Shown: positions 49,043 to 57,235 of the stretch, in pieces
How positions within the stretch are numbered: position 1 is the first letter of the stretch
Layout: each line of letters begins with the position of its first letter
NCBI GenBank assembly: GCA_015522475.1
Contig: WAMF01000003.1
Coordinates: 33,043 to 97,042 of the forward strand
Length of the DNA stretch: 64,000 bases
DNA from: Candidatus Micrarchaeota archaeon
GTDB taxonomy: Archaea > Micrarchaeota > Micrarchaeia > Anstonellales > J096
Reading direction: 5' to 3'
Notes under the pieces: model-generated
Told to the model about the DNA's origin: nothing
Database searches by the model: none
Seen by the model: only the letters and a program-made list of their open reading frames with translations
Translations under genes and position numbers: made by a program

Positions 49043-49684
49043 ATGCAAAATGGCAAAAATAGCAAAAACAAGGGAAAGCAGCCAAACCTATCTGCCCATC
49101 CTATAGCTATATCCGTCGACACAGGAGAGCCTATAAAGGAAGGCTACAGGATAAAAGATGATCCTATACTGAATGCGATAAAAGACTTAAAACGCATGCT
49201 GGGCACATACAAAGGCAACCTTTTGTACGTCTCAGAGGAAGGCAAAGCGCGTTTTGTAGAGAGAAGAAAGCGCTTCGAGAGGTATATGTTGGTCGCTGTC
49301 CTGTTTGCCGTTCTCATATACACAATAGGTGTCCTTCTTCCTCTTGTCTCAGGAGACTTTGGAAAAGCTCTGAACATGTTTATACCATCGACAGTTTTAA
49401 CAATAGTTGTATTCTTTTTTGTCCTTCTTACATACGTTCCTTCTATAGAAGATGAGATAAGTCAAGTGCCTAAAAAGTACTTAGCGGATGTGTTTTTAGC
49501 TAAGGGAGGAAAAGAAGGAAAATTAGAAGAAAGCAAAGAAATAAAAAAGCAAGAGGAAGGGAAGGCAAAAAGAGCAAAGGCAAAAGCGAAGAGCAAAAGA
49601 AACGACACAAAAAGGAGGAAGCTAAAAGAGATAGAGAAGCAGGAAAAGCAAGGGAGCCCAAGAAAAAAGAGAAAGAGGGTATGA
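49043..49684 (+). CDS. 2-TM membrane protein with long Lys/Arg-rich C-terminal tail
   Basis: TM helices YMLVAVLFAVLIYTIGVLLPLV and VLTIVVFFFVLLTYV. Tail KAKRAKAKAKSKRNDTKRRKLKEIEKQEKQGSPRKKRKRV. GAGGTG overlaps the preceding stop codon. Confidence 0.6.
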   Translation: MQNGKNSKNKGKQPNLSAHPIAISVDTGEPIKEGYRIKDDPILNAIKDLKRMLGTYKGNLLYVSEEGKARFVERRKRFERYMLVAVLFAVLIYTIGVLLPLVSGDFGKALNMFIPSTVLTIVVFFFVLLTYVPSIEDEISQVPKKYLADVFLAKGGKEGKLEESKEIKKQEEGKAKRAKAKAKSKRNDTKRRKLKEIEKQEKQGSPRKKRKRV

Positions 49685-49722
49685 TGTGTACGTAAAGCCC
49701 AAAAGAAAAAGAAGGTGAATAT

Positions 49723-50433
49723 ATGGCTGAAGATATGGAAATTGGCTCTATAGAGATAGTAACGCCTGGAGAGGCCAATATAGATGAACTTTACAACATA
49801 ATCTCAGAATACAAGAATTTCTATGCTCTGAAGGAGAAAGACAAGGCTTACCTGGCAACTGTAGAAGAAGAAGACGTTTCGGGCAATCCTCGAAAATTCA
49901 TAATCGTGGAACTCATGCCTTCGAAGATAATTGTTATATATACAATTGCTCCAGACGAAAGCCCATCTGTTAGGAAACTGGAGGTGTTCTCAAAAATCTT
50001 GCCTATGCTAGAGCCCATAATCCCAAAGTACAGACTGCCCATTTCTGCCTTGCTTTCTATACTTGACTCGGCTCTTTCCCAATTCCTCAAGAAGTTCACA
50101 CGCGACGTGAGGGATGTACTCATAGACAACGATAGATTAAGAGAAAAAGTAAAGGAGCTACAATCACACCTAGAGATGGAAAGAAAAAATGTAAGGGAGC
50201 TCACCACAAAACTCTATGAGGTAAATTCTCTCCTATCAGAGGCTAAGATGAAGCTCAAAAAGTACGAGACACCCTCAGACGAAGTGCTCAAGCAGCTTGT
50301 AGTAGAATGGCTTAAAGAACACGATGGAGAAATTGATTTAGAAACGTTCTCTAAAGTTAAAAATGTGCCCATAGCGCGCGTCGAAGAAATTTTGACTAGA
50401 CTTATAGAGGAAAAGGTAATAAAGCCTTTATGA
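49723..50433 (+). CDS. cytoplasmic coiled-coil protein with C-terminal winged-helix-like module
   Basis: Heptad-like stretch LREKVKELQSHLEMERKNVRELTTKLYEVNSLLSEAKMKLKK, then EWLKEHDGEIDLETFSKVKNVPIARVEEILTRLIEEKVI. AAGGTGA lies upstream. Confidence 0.6.
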   Translation: MAEDMEIGSIEIVTPGEANIDELYNIISEYKNFYALKEKDKAYLATVEEEDVSGNPRKFIIVELMPSKIIVIYTIAPDESPSVRKLEVFSKILPMLEPIIPKYRLPISALLSILDSALSQFLKKFTRDVRDVLIDNDRLREKVKELQSHLEMERKNVRELTTKLYEVNSLLSEAKMKLKKYETPSDEVLKQLVVEWLKEHDGEIDLETFSKVKNVPIARVEEILTRLIEEKVIKPL

Positions 50434-50472
50434 AAGACGTGAGGGTATGACTCAAAAACATGAGGGGAGAGA

Positions 50473-52974
50473 GTGAAAAAGCGTTTCATAATACTATCTG
50501 AGCCCAAATATGCAAAGAAGTACAAGGTAATCAAAAAGCCCCTTCTGAAGCGCATAATGGAAAAGCTCAAACCCAAGAAAAAAAAGCAAAAGAAGGAAGT
50601 AAAAAAGGTTGAAGAAAAGGTGGAAATAAAAGGTATCGATGTTTTATTGGGTAAAGCGCTCCCCATCCTCATCTTAATATTTCTCATCGGTGTGGGCTAT
50701 TACGAATATATACACTTATCAGCTCTCCTTCATGCAATCCCGCCAGCATCGCTAATTCCAGCCCAGCCAAAAGCTGTAAACATAAGTATAACGCAGACGT
50801 ATCTGGCTGACTTCGGCACGAGAATAAGTAAACAACTCGCAGCTGTAGCATTTGTAAGTCTCAAAGACAATGCCTCTCTTACAGTAGGTGAACCTATAAA
50901 ACCTGTAAGTGGGATAGTCTATGTTCTAGCAGACCGTTCCTATCCTCAAACAGAGGCGCTTACAAACGAAGTAGAAAGCACATTGATAAGAGAAGGCTTC
51001 AGTGTAACAGAATTGAGATCTGTCAATGAATTGAAGTTTGTAAAAAAAAGCAGTTTGGTGATAGTTATATACGACGTTCTTCCTTCTGGTCTAAAAGAGT
51101 GGTTCACACCTCTTTTAAACAACGACGTTGACATTTTATACGTTGGAGCTAATCCCCTTTCAGAATCTACAGGCACACTTTTTAAGAGCATAACAAATTT
51201 TTGGGAGTTGAAGGGTGTGAGAATTGTGCCCGCTAGCCTCTCATCTAAAGAACTCAACATAAGCAACATTCGTTATACAGTAGGCCATACCAGCCTAACT
51301 CTATACAATACTATACCCGCCTTCTCATTTAAGGACGAAAGTGGAAGGGGACGCTTTGTTCTCTTTACAGGAGCTGTAGGCGGATCAAACTTCTACAACT
51401 CTTGGAAATCTCCAAGCGATGCAGCTAGTGACATCGAAAAGGTTGTTAATGCACTCTACAATGCAACCTTCTCTAATCAACATATATCAAAATACAGATT
51501 AAGCAAGGGTGACCATGCTGTGTTTTTCACGCTGCCTTTAACAGAAGAGAGTTCATACATGCTCATAAAGGCTACGGCTAAAGGAAAACTCCCTTCATAC
51601 AGAGTCGCAATCGTGGAAAAAGATTTCCCAGGCTCCGCATACTTTGAAGAGGCCTCGCCCATATTACCATACTCCATTTCTAAGAAGAAATCTGTTATAG
51701 AGTTTGTAGCTAACCCCTCTGATATGTATTCGTTCGTTAGGGTGAAGCTCCTTGTAACCAATGCCTCTGGCAACGTAATTGATGAGAAAGATGTAAACAA
51801 AGGTAACATACTTGCAGCCAACCAACTTATAGACGTAGACTATTACAACCCTGGTATAGATGAAGGCGGCTACATATTCGAATTCGATGACACAGACCTT
51901 CACAAAGTGTATGCAAAGACTTTTCTAGAAGTGGGCACTCTTAACATAAGGCTCGTGCCAGATTTCAAAGGCGCAACCATACATGTCTATTTTAGCGTAG
52001 CGGGCAGACCGAAGGTTATTGGAAAAGCCACGCTCACGTATTTGAAGAAAGGCAAGCCAGAAGCCTCTATGACGTTTACAAACGTCGACCACATAGATTG
52101 GGAGCTCAAAAGCTATTTCAACGGTCCTATACCTGTGGGCAAGTACAACTTCACAGTTACAGTACCAGGCTATGGCACAAAAACGTTTGAAGTGGTTAGA
52201 GAATCATCTGTAGGTATATCTCAATTAATGACTCCCCAAAACATAGCCATAATCATATTCTCTGTAATTATGTACGCTGTTGGCTACATAATGAAGAGGC
52301 ATGAAGAGCTGCCCTACTCTATAGATGTGCCTGACTTTGCCCCTGTAGAATACGAAACAATTGAGATAACGGCTGAGCAGCTTCTCAAAGCGTTTGACTT
52401 GGTGAACGACTTCTACAAGTGGAAAAACACACCTCTAACGGTAAACGAGATAAAGAAGGGCATTCGCCTGGTTCTGGACAAAGAAGACCTTGTCCTCAAC
52501 GACTTCAATGTGCAGATTGTGTTGGAAGCGCTCATAAAAGAAGGGAAAATCCTTCTCATCGACAAGTATTATTTGAAAAAGGATTGGCTGAATGAAGGTT
52601 TTACGGCTGAGCAGCTCATCATATTTAGACGTTTAAGAGATGCATGTATTGATTTGGCTATTCCTTTCAAGCCTCTATCAAAGAGACTTCCACATACAAA
52701 GTTAACGCTGCCTTGGCAAGAATTCTGGGTTTATATATACGCTCCTCTTCAGAGAGATGCCATAACGCGGGATATAATAAAGAGGGCTGTGAGCGAAGAG
52801 AATATAATGCCTGTCATACTCTTCTACGACACGAAATCGTTAGATGAATTCGACATTGTGCTCAGCGATGGCCGTGTGAAAAGCAGCCTAATAAAAGCCT
52901 ATGTAGACAACGATATGGTTTACATATTCACAATCGAAGAGTTCATAAAGAAGCTCAAGCAGCTGAAGAGTTAG
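50473..52974 (+). CDS. large bitopic membrane protein (basic N-tail, about 500-aa ectodomain, second TM, about 230-aa cytoplasmic domain)
   Basis: GTG start after GAGGGGA. Lys-rich N-terminus, TM ALPILILIFLIGVGYY, a beta-rich ectodomain with several N-x-S/T sites, and TM IAIIIFSVIMYAVGYIM. No family recognised. Confidence 0.6.
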   Translation: MKKRFIILSEPKYAKKYKVIKKPLLKRIMEKLKPKKKKQKKEVKKVEEKVEIKGIDVLLGKALPILILIFLIGVGYYEYIHLSALLHAIPPASLIPAQPKAVNISITQTYLADFGTRISKQLAAVAFVSLKDNASLTVGEPIKPVSGIVYVLADRSYPQTEALTNEVESTLIREGFSVTELRSVNELKFVKKSSLVIVIYDVLPSGLKEWFTPLLNNDVDILYVGANPLSESTGTLFKSITNFWELKGVRIVPASLSSKELNISNIRYTVGHTSLTLYNTIPAFSFKDESGRGRFVLFTGAVGGSNFYNSWKSPSDAASDIEKVVNALYNATFSNQHISKYRLSKGDHAVFFTLPLTEESSYMLIKATAKGKLPSYRVAIVEKDFPGSAYFEEASPILPYSISKKKSVIEFVANPSDMYSFVRVKLLVTNASGNVIDEKDVNKGNILAANQLIDVDYYNPGIDEGGYIFEFDDTDLHKVYAKTFLEVGTLNIRLVPDFKGATIHVYFSVAGRPKVIGKATLTYLKKGKPEASMTFTNVDHIDWELKSYFNGPIPVGKYNFTVTVPGYGTKTFEVVRESSVGISQLMTPQNIAIIIFSVIMYAVGYIMKRHEELPYSIDVPDFAPVEYETIEITAEQLLKAFDLVNDFYKWKNTPLTVNEIKKGIRLVLDKEDLVLNDFNVQIVLEALIKEGKILLIDKYYLKKDWLNEGFTAEQLIIFRRLRDACIDLAIPFKPLSKRLPHTKLTLPWQEFWVYIYAPLQRDAITRDIIKRAVSEENIMPVILFYDTKSLDEFDIVLSDGRVKSSLIKAYVDNDMVYIFTIEEFIKKLKQLKS

Positions 52975-53122
52975 AGAAGAGAAACAATGAGAGAAACAGT
53001 TAGAAACATCCTTTTAATATCCCTACGTTGAGGCCTCGGAATGGAAGGGAAATTGGGAAAGGACTAAAATTTTACTGTTGAGGGGCTAGCTAAGCGCCTT
53101 TACTCAAGAAAGTTAAGAAAGC

Positions 53123-54697
53123 CTAGGAGCCTAAGAAAGAGGCCAAGCTTTCTTTGAGGAACCTAACAAACACGGGCGAGGGTCTTTCAAACCTGCTCGT
53201 GAATTCTGGATGGGCTTGGAGGCCAATGCCAAAGCCGAACTTTTTCCTATCGTATTCCATGGCTTCGATGAGGTCTTTATGTGTTGCAGATACTATAAGG
53301 CCATTGTCTTCGAAAGACAGTATGTATTTTGGATTGATCTCATAGCGATGCCTATGCCTCTCTATGGCTTTGTCCTTTCCATATATTTCGTGCAAGATTG
53401 TGCCTTCCTTTATGTCCATCTCATAATCGCCTAAGCGAAGTGTACCGCCTATCTGCTTTACATCTTTTTGATTGGGTTGGAGTATGACGGCGGGATCTTT
53501 GCAACTTTCTATTTCTTCACTGCAGGCATCTAGCCCCATAACATTCCTAGCAAACTCGACGGCCATGAGCTGCATGCCGAAGCATATGCCTAAAAAGGGC
53601 TTTTTGTTCTCCCTTGCAAACTGTATGGCCTTTATCTTCTCTTCGACACCCCTCTTACCAAAACCACCCGGGACGATGATGCCGTCGTATTGAGAAAGCT
53701 GTTCCACATTTCCTTTAATATCCTCTGCCTCAACAAACTCGATGCTGGGCTTTATACCAAGCTCAGCTGAAGCGTTTATGAGGGCTTCTCTAAGCGAGGC
53801 ATATGAATCCACTTGCTTTGTATACTTGCCTACTATGGCGATCTTTCCTTTGTGCGGGCTAGTCTTCAGCTTATTCACGCGGCTTTCCCATGAGTCAAGC
53901 TCAGCTTTTCTGCATTCGAGTTTGAAGAAAGTCCTTATTGCTTCATACATACCTTCTTGTTCTAGCAAAAGGGGAAGCTCATAAACTGTGGAAAGTTCGT
54001 GGTCATTCATGACGTAATCGACGTTGCAGTACAGCTTTATCTTTTCCCTTGTCTCTTTATCTAAACGCTTGTTGGCCCTAGCCACAATAACCGACGGTTG
54101 TATGCCCATGCCTCTCAAAATTTGAGTGGCGTGCTGCGTAGGTTTTGTTTTAAGCTCTCCATATAAGTTTGGTAAATAAGTCAGCTGAACGAACATAACC
54201 TTTTCCTTCATACTAAGTTGGCGAAGCGCCTCTATAAAATAACTGTTCTCTATGTCACCGACTGTACCACCTACTTCTATAATGAGGAAATCGAGGTTAT
54301 TTTTGTTGGCGTAGCTTACAATATGATCCTTTATCCAATTCGTGACGTGGGGCACAAATTGGACATCTCTGCCCAAGAATTTGCCTTCCCTTTCCCTTTC
54401 TATAATATCTTTGAATATACGGCCGCCTGTGATGGATGCATCCGCGTCGAGATCTATATTGAGGAAGCGTTCGTACGTGCCGAAGTCCATATCTACTTCC
54501 TTGCCGTCGCGGAGAACAAAGACCTCGCCGTGCCTAAAGGGATTCATTGTGCCACAGTCGACGTTTAGATAGCCATCAAATTTCATGGGCTTTACCTTGA
54601 ATCCCCTCGACTGTAGGATTTTGCCTATAGAAGCTGTGAGAATGCCCTTGCCTAAACCTGACATTATAGAACCTAAGACAACAATGTAGTTTGGCAT
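53123..54697 (-). CDS. pyrG: CTP synthase
   Basis: N-terminal VVLGSIMSGLGKGI and the glutamine amidotransferase block PFLGICFGMQ with HRHRYE. Confidence 0.9.
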   Translation of the reverse strand: MPNYIVVLGSIMSGLGKGILTASIGKILQSRGFKVKPMKFDGYLNVDCGTMNPFRHGEVFVLRDGKEVDMDFGTYERFLNIDLDADASITGGRIFKDIIEREREGKFLGRDVQFVPHVTNWIKDHIVSYANKNNLDFLIIEVGGTVGDIENSYFIEALRQLSMKEKVMFVQLTYLPNLYGELKTKPTQHATQILRGMGIQPSVIVARANKRLDKETREKIKLYCNVDYVMNDHELSTVYELPLLLEQEGMYEAIRTFFKLECRKAELDSWESRVNKLKTSPHKGKIAIVGKYTKQVDSYASLREALINASAELGIKPSIEFVEAEDIKGNVEQLSQYDGIIVPGGFGKRGVEEKIKAIQFARENKKPFLGICFGMQLMAVEFARNVMGLDACSEEIESCKDPAVILQPNQKDVKQIGGTLRLGDYEMDIKEGTILHEIYGKDKAIERHRHRYEINPKYILSFEDNGLIVSATHKDLIEAMEYDRKKFGFGIGLQAHPEFTSRFERPSPVFVRFLKESLASFLGS

Positions 54698-55020
54698 GGC
54701 TTAGATTGATACAGAGGTTTTAAATGCCTTGCCCCCTCAGACAAAAAAGGCGGTTAGATGCCTACGCTTTGTTATGCTACAGCACACAAAACAGCGCCTT
54801 TCCTAAGCCCTCTTAATCCTCCTACAGTCTTGCTTAAGCGTTTCCTTGTACGGGCAACTTGGCTGTTCTTTAAAAAACATTCCCCATCCAGGGGGAAGGC
54901 TTTATAAAGAACTGCTGCTGCCATCTAAAGTAGCTTATAAAACTTTCAGTAGTTGGCTAATGTAATCGCCAAAAATCCGGAAATTTGGTTAATATAGTTG
55001 CCACAATGCCGCATTACTTC

Positions 55021-55869
55021 CTAAGCAAAGGCACCATCGTAAAAGGCCTTTACTAAGCGTGGGAGAGCCTTGCTATAACCCCCTTCCAAAACAGCGAAGA
55101 AAGGAAGACCTAAGGCTTTGACGCGCTTGCCAATCTCAAAATAAGTATTCTCATCCTTTATGTTGAAGGGCAAAACAGGGTCTTCATGCCATGTATCAAA
55201 GCCTGCTGATACAGCCAGGACATCGGGCTTAAAGGCTCTTGCCTTTTCTAAAAGCTTATCTATATAAGCGAGAAACTCCTTATCGTCAACAGTGGAGGGC
55301 TCGACATCGAAAAGGAGGGCATTATTCGAATTCCACTTTCGCATAGGAAAGTAGCGCTTGGGGTCGCCATGAACAGAGCCGTAGAAAAAGGCGCTGTCGT
55401 CTTTGACGAGGAAGTGTGTGCCATCGCCGTAGTGGGCGTCGAAATCTAGGATAAAAACGCGCTTGGCCTTCTCCTCCTTGAGTAAATGCCTAGCTGCTAT
55501 AACAATGTTGTTCAGATAGCAGAAGCCTCTTGCTTCATCCCTATAGGCATGATGTCCCGGAGGGCGTATAGCTGCAAAATCCTTCTTTTCAGCAGCCTCA
55601 ACAGCGGCACATGCTGCATTGAATGCCTCTGGCATAAGAGCGGGTTGGAAGTTCAAGTCAGATGATAAGCCCTTCTTAGCTGTGCACATGTCCTTTAAAT
55701 CATACAAATAAAGAAGCGAATGAACCTCTTTGATATATGACAATGCCTTCTTTTCATCCTTGCATTTTACTTCCAAGGCAGAAGGGAAAAGCTGTTTGAT
55801 GCCCTGTATACGAGCAGGCACCTCTATGGGCGGGATGCCCTCATAACCTTCCAACGCAGAGATAAGCAT
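55021..55869 (-). CDS. histone deacetylase/acetoin utilisation (HDAC) family deacetylase, short form
   Basis: RPPGHHA, ILDFDAHYGDGT and LEGGY. Confidence 0.8.
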   Translation of the reverse strand: MLISALEGYEGIPPIEVPARIQGIKQLFPSALEVKCKDEKKALSYIKEVHSLLYLYDLKDMCTAKKGLSSDLNFQPALMPEAFNAACAAVEAAEKKDFAAIRPPGHHAYRDEARGFCYLNNIVIAARHLLKEEKAKRVFILDFDAHYGDGTHFLVKDDSAFFYGSVHGDPKRYFPMRKWNSNNALLFDVEPSTVDDKEFLAYIDKLLEKARAFKPDVLAVSAGFDTWHEDPVLPFNIKDENTYFEIGKRVKALGLPFFAVLEGGYSKALPRLVKAFYDGAFA

Positions 55870-56093
55870 GCTGTATTATCTAAGCCACACGTTATGAGAT
55901 GATGGGCAGTTACAAACCTTTTGGGGAGACTTATTAACATTCAAAAAGAACCTTTATAGAGGATTATATAAGCTTTAAACCGTGCCAAAAGCACAACACC
56001 ACCCAAAAACACAAAAAGGCCTAAAAAACACGCGGGTTAAGGTGGAAGACGAGATGCTGTCCTAAGCTGTGGCAGGACGAGATCCCAGGAAGC

Positions 56094-56216
56094 TTATTCA
56101 TCTTCGTCGAAATCTTCCCAGTCTTCGTCGTCATCGTCCGAGTCGTCCCACTCGTCGTCTTCATCCCAGTCTTCGTCGTCATCTTGCATCCTAAAGATAG
56201 GCGCCGGGCCTACCAT
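56094..56216 (-). CDS. 40-aa hyper-acidic Trp-containing micro-protein (not in the supplied ORF track)
   Basis: GGGTGA, then 4 nt, then ATG at 56216 and TAA at 56094: MVGPAPIFRMQDDDEDWDEDDEWDDSDDDDEDWEDFDEDE. Confidence 0.35.
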   Translation of the reverse strand: MVGPAPIFRMQDDDEDWDEDDEWDDSDDDDEDWEDFDEDE

Positions 56217-56257
56217 GTTCTCACCCGCTTAAACTCCATAGTTAATCTTTTTAAACC

Positions 56258-56641
56258 ATGCTGCGACATTATATCATGGCAAGGCTCAAATTCACTCACA
56301 GGCTTATCCCTCTAAGGTTGGCCAGAGGGAACGACTCAAGTATCGACGTGGTTTTTCAAATAGAAAACCTTACAGATAAAGAGATGCTCCTTTCTATAGA
56401 AGGTAAGCTGCCCAAAAACGCACTCCTTGGGTTCGACCCTAACCTCGTCCACAAAAGGGCCATGAAGAAGCTCGGCACCCTCGAACCAGGAGAATATGTA
56501 GAAGCAAGCCTCCGCGTATACGGCGCTAGACAGACGAAGCCAGGAGATTACCCCATATTGCTTATAGTGAATGAGCACTATCAGGACTACACAAAAGTAC
56601 TCGAGGAATACAAGCGCATGGGGACTATACGCGTCATATAG
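56258..56641 (+). CDS. hypothetical protein
   Basis: 127-aa ORF that looks beta-rich. The start may be the internal Met (MARLKF). No motif recognised. Confidence 0.45.
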   Translation: MLRHYIMARLKFTHRLIPLRLARGNDSSIDVVFQIENLTDKEMLLSIEGKLPKNALLGFDPNLVHKRAMKKLGTLEPGEYVEASLRVYGARQTKPGDYPILLIVNEHYQDYTKVLEEYKRMGTIRVI

Positions 56642-56700
56642 TAGAAGCATAAAAAAATATACCACAAAGGAAGGTAGAAGCAAGTATAGAGAGGGACACT

Positions 56701-57135
56701 ATGACTAGAAGAAGAAGGACAAGTAAGAAGAGACCCTCATCAATAAGACAGCAAGATTCTCAAAAATTAAAAGTCGTGCATCCTATCCTTAAAGGAAAAA
56801 CGTATGAAGCAAAGCCTGACTCAAACATTCATCTAGCTATTACACTCTTCTTTCTCATATATTTTGTAGGCATTGTGCTCTTTCACTTTTTAGAAGGTTG
56901 GAATTATATTGACTCTTCTTACTTCATCACAGCAACTGTCTTAACCATAGGTTACGGCGACATTGTGCCAAAGACACCTCTAGGCAAAATAGCTACAATC
57001 TTCTACGCTTGGTTGGGCATAGGTGTAGGCTTTTACATACTTGTTAGAATATCTGATTTAAGAAAGCGCTATATAGACAGAAACCTCGAGCGAATAGAGC
57101 GACGTATGGAAGAGCTCGTGGGAAAGAAAACATAA
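56701..57135 (+). CDS. two-TM potassium channel (KcsA-like pore)
   Basis: Selectivity filter TIGYGD flanked by two TM helices. Basic N-terminus. Confidence 0.75.
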   Translation: MTRRRRTSKKRPSSIRQQDSQKLKVVHPILKGKTYEAKPDSNIHLAITLFFLIYFVGIVLFHFLEGWNYIDSSYFITATVLTIGYGDIVPKTPLGKIATIFYAWLGIGVGFYILVRISDLRKRYIDRNLERIERRMEELVGKKT

Positions 57136-57235
57136 GGCCCAAATAAATAATGAGAGATTGAAGGAGTATAAAACTTATCTAAATAGCTATAGAGCAACAC
57201 ATATCAGTGCGGCCCAGCATGAGTTAAGCCCATAT

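Noticed and set aside
46431-52974. VirB4-like operon as cargo of an element integrated at tRNA-Pro
   Set aside because: No integrase or recombinase is present. I could find no repeat of the tRNA 3' or 5' half in 52975-53122, and composition looks like the flanks. Integration cannot be supported from this window.
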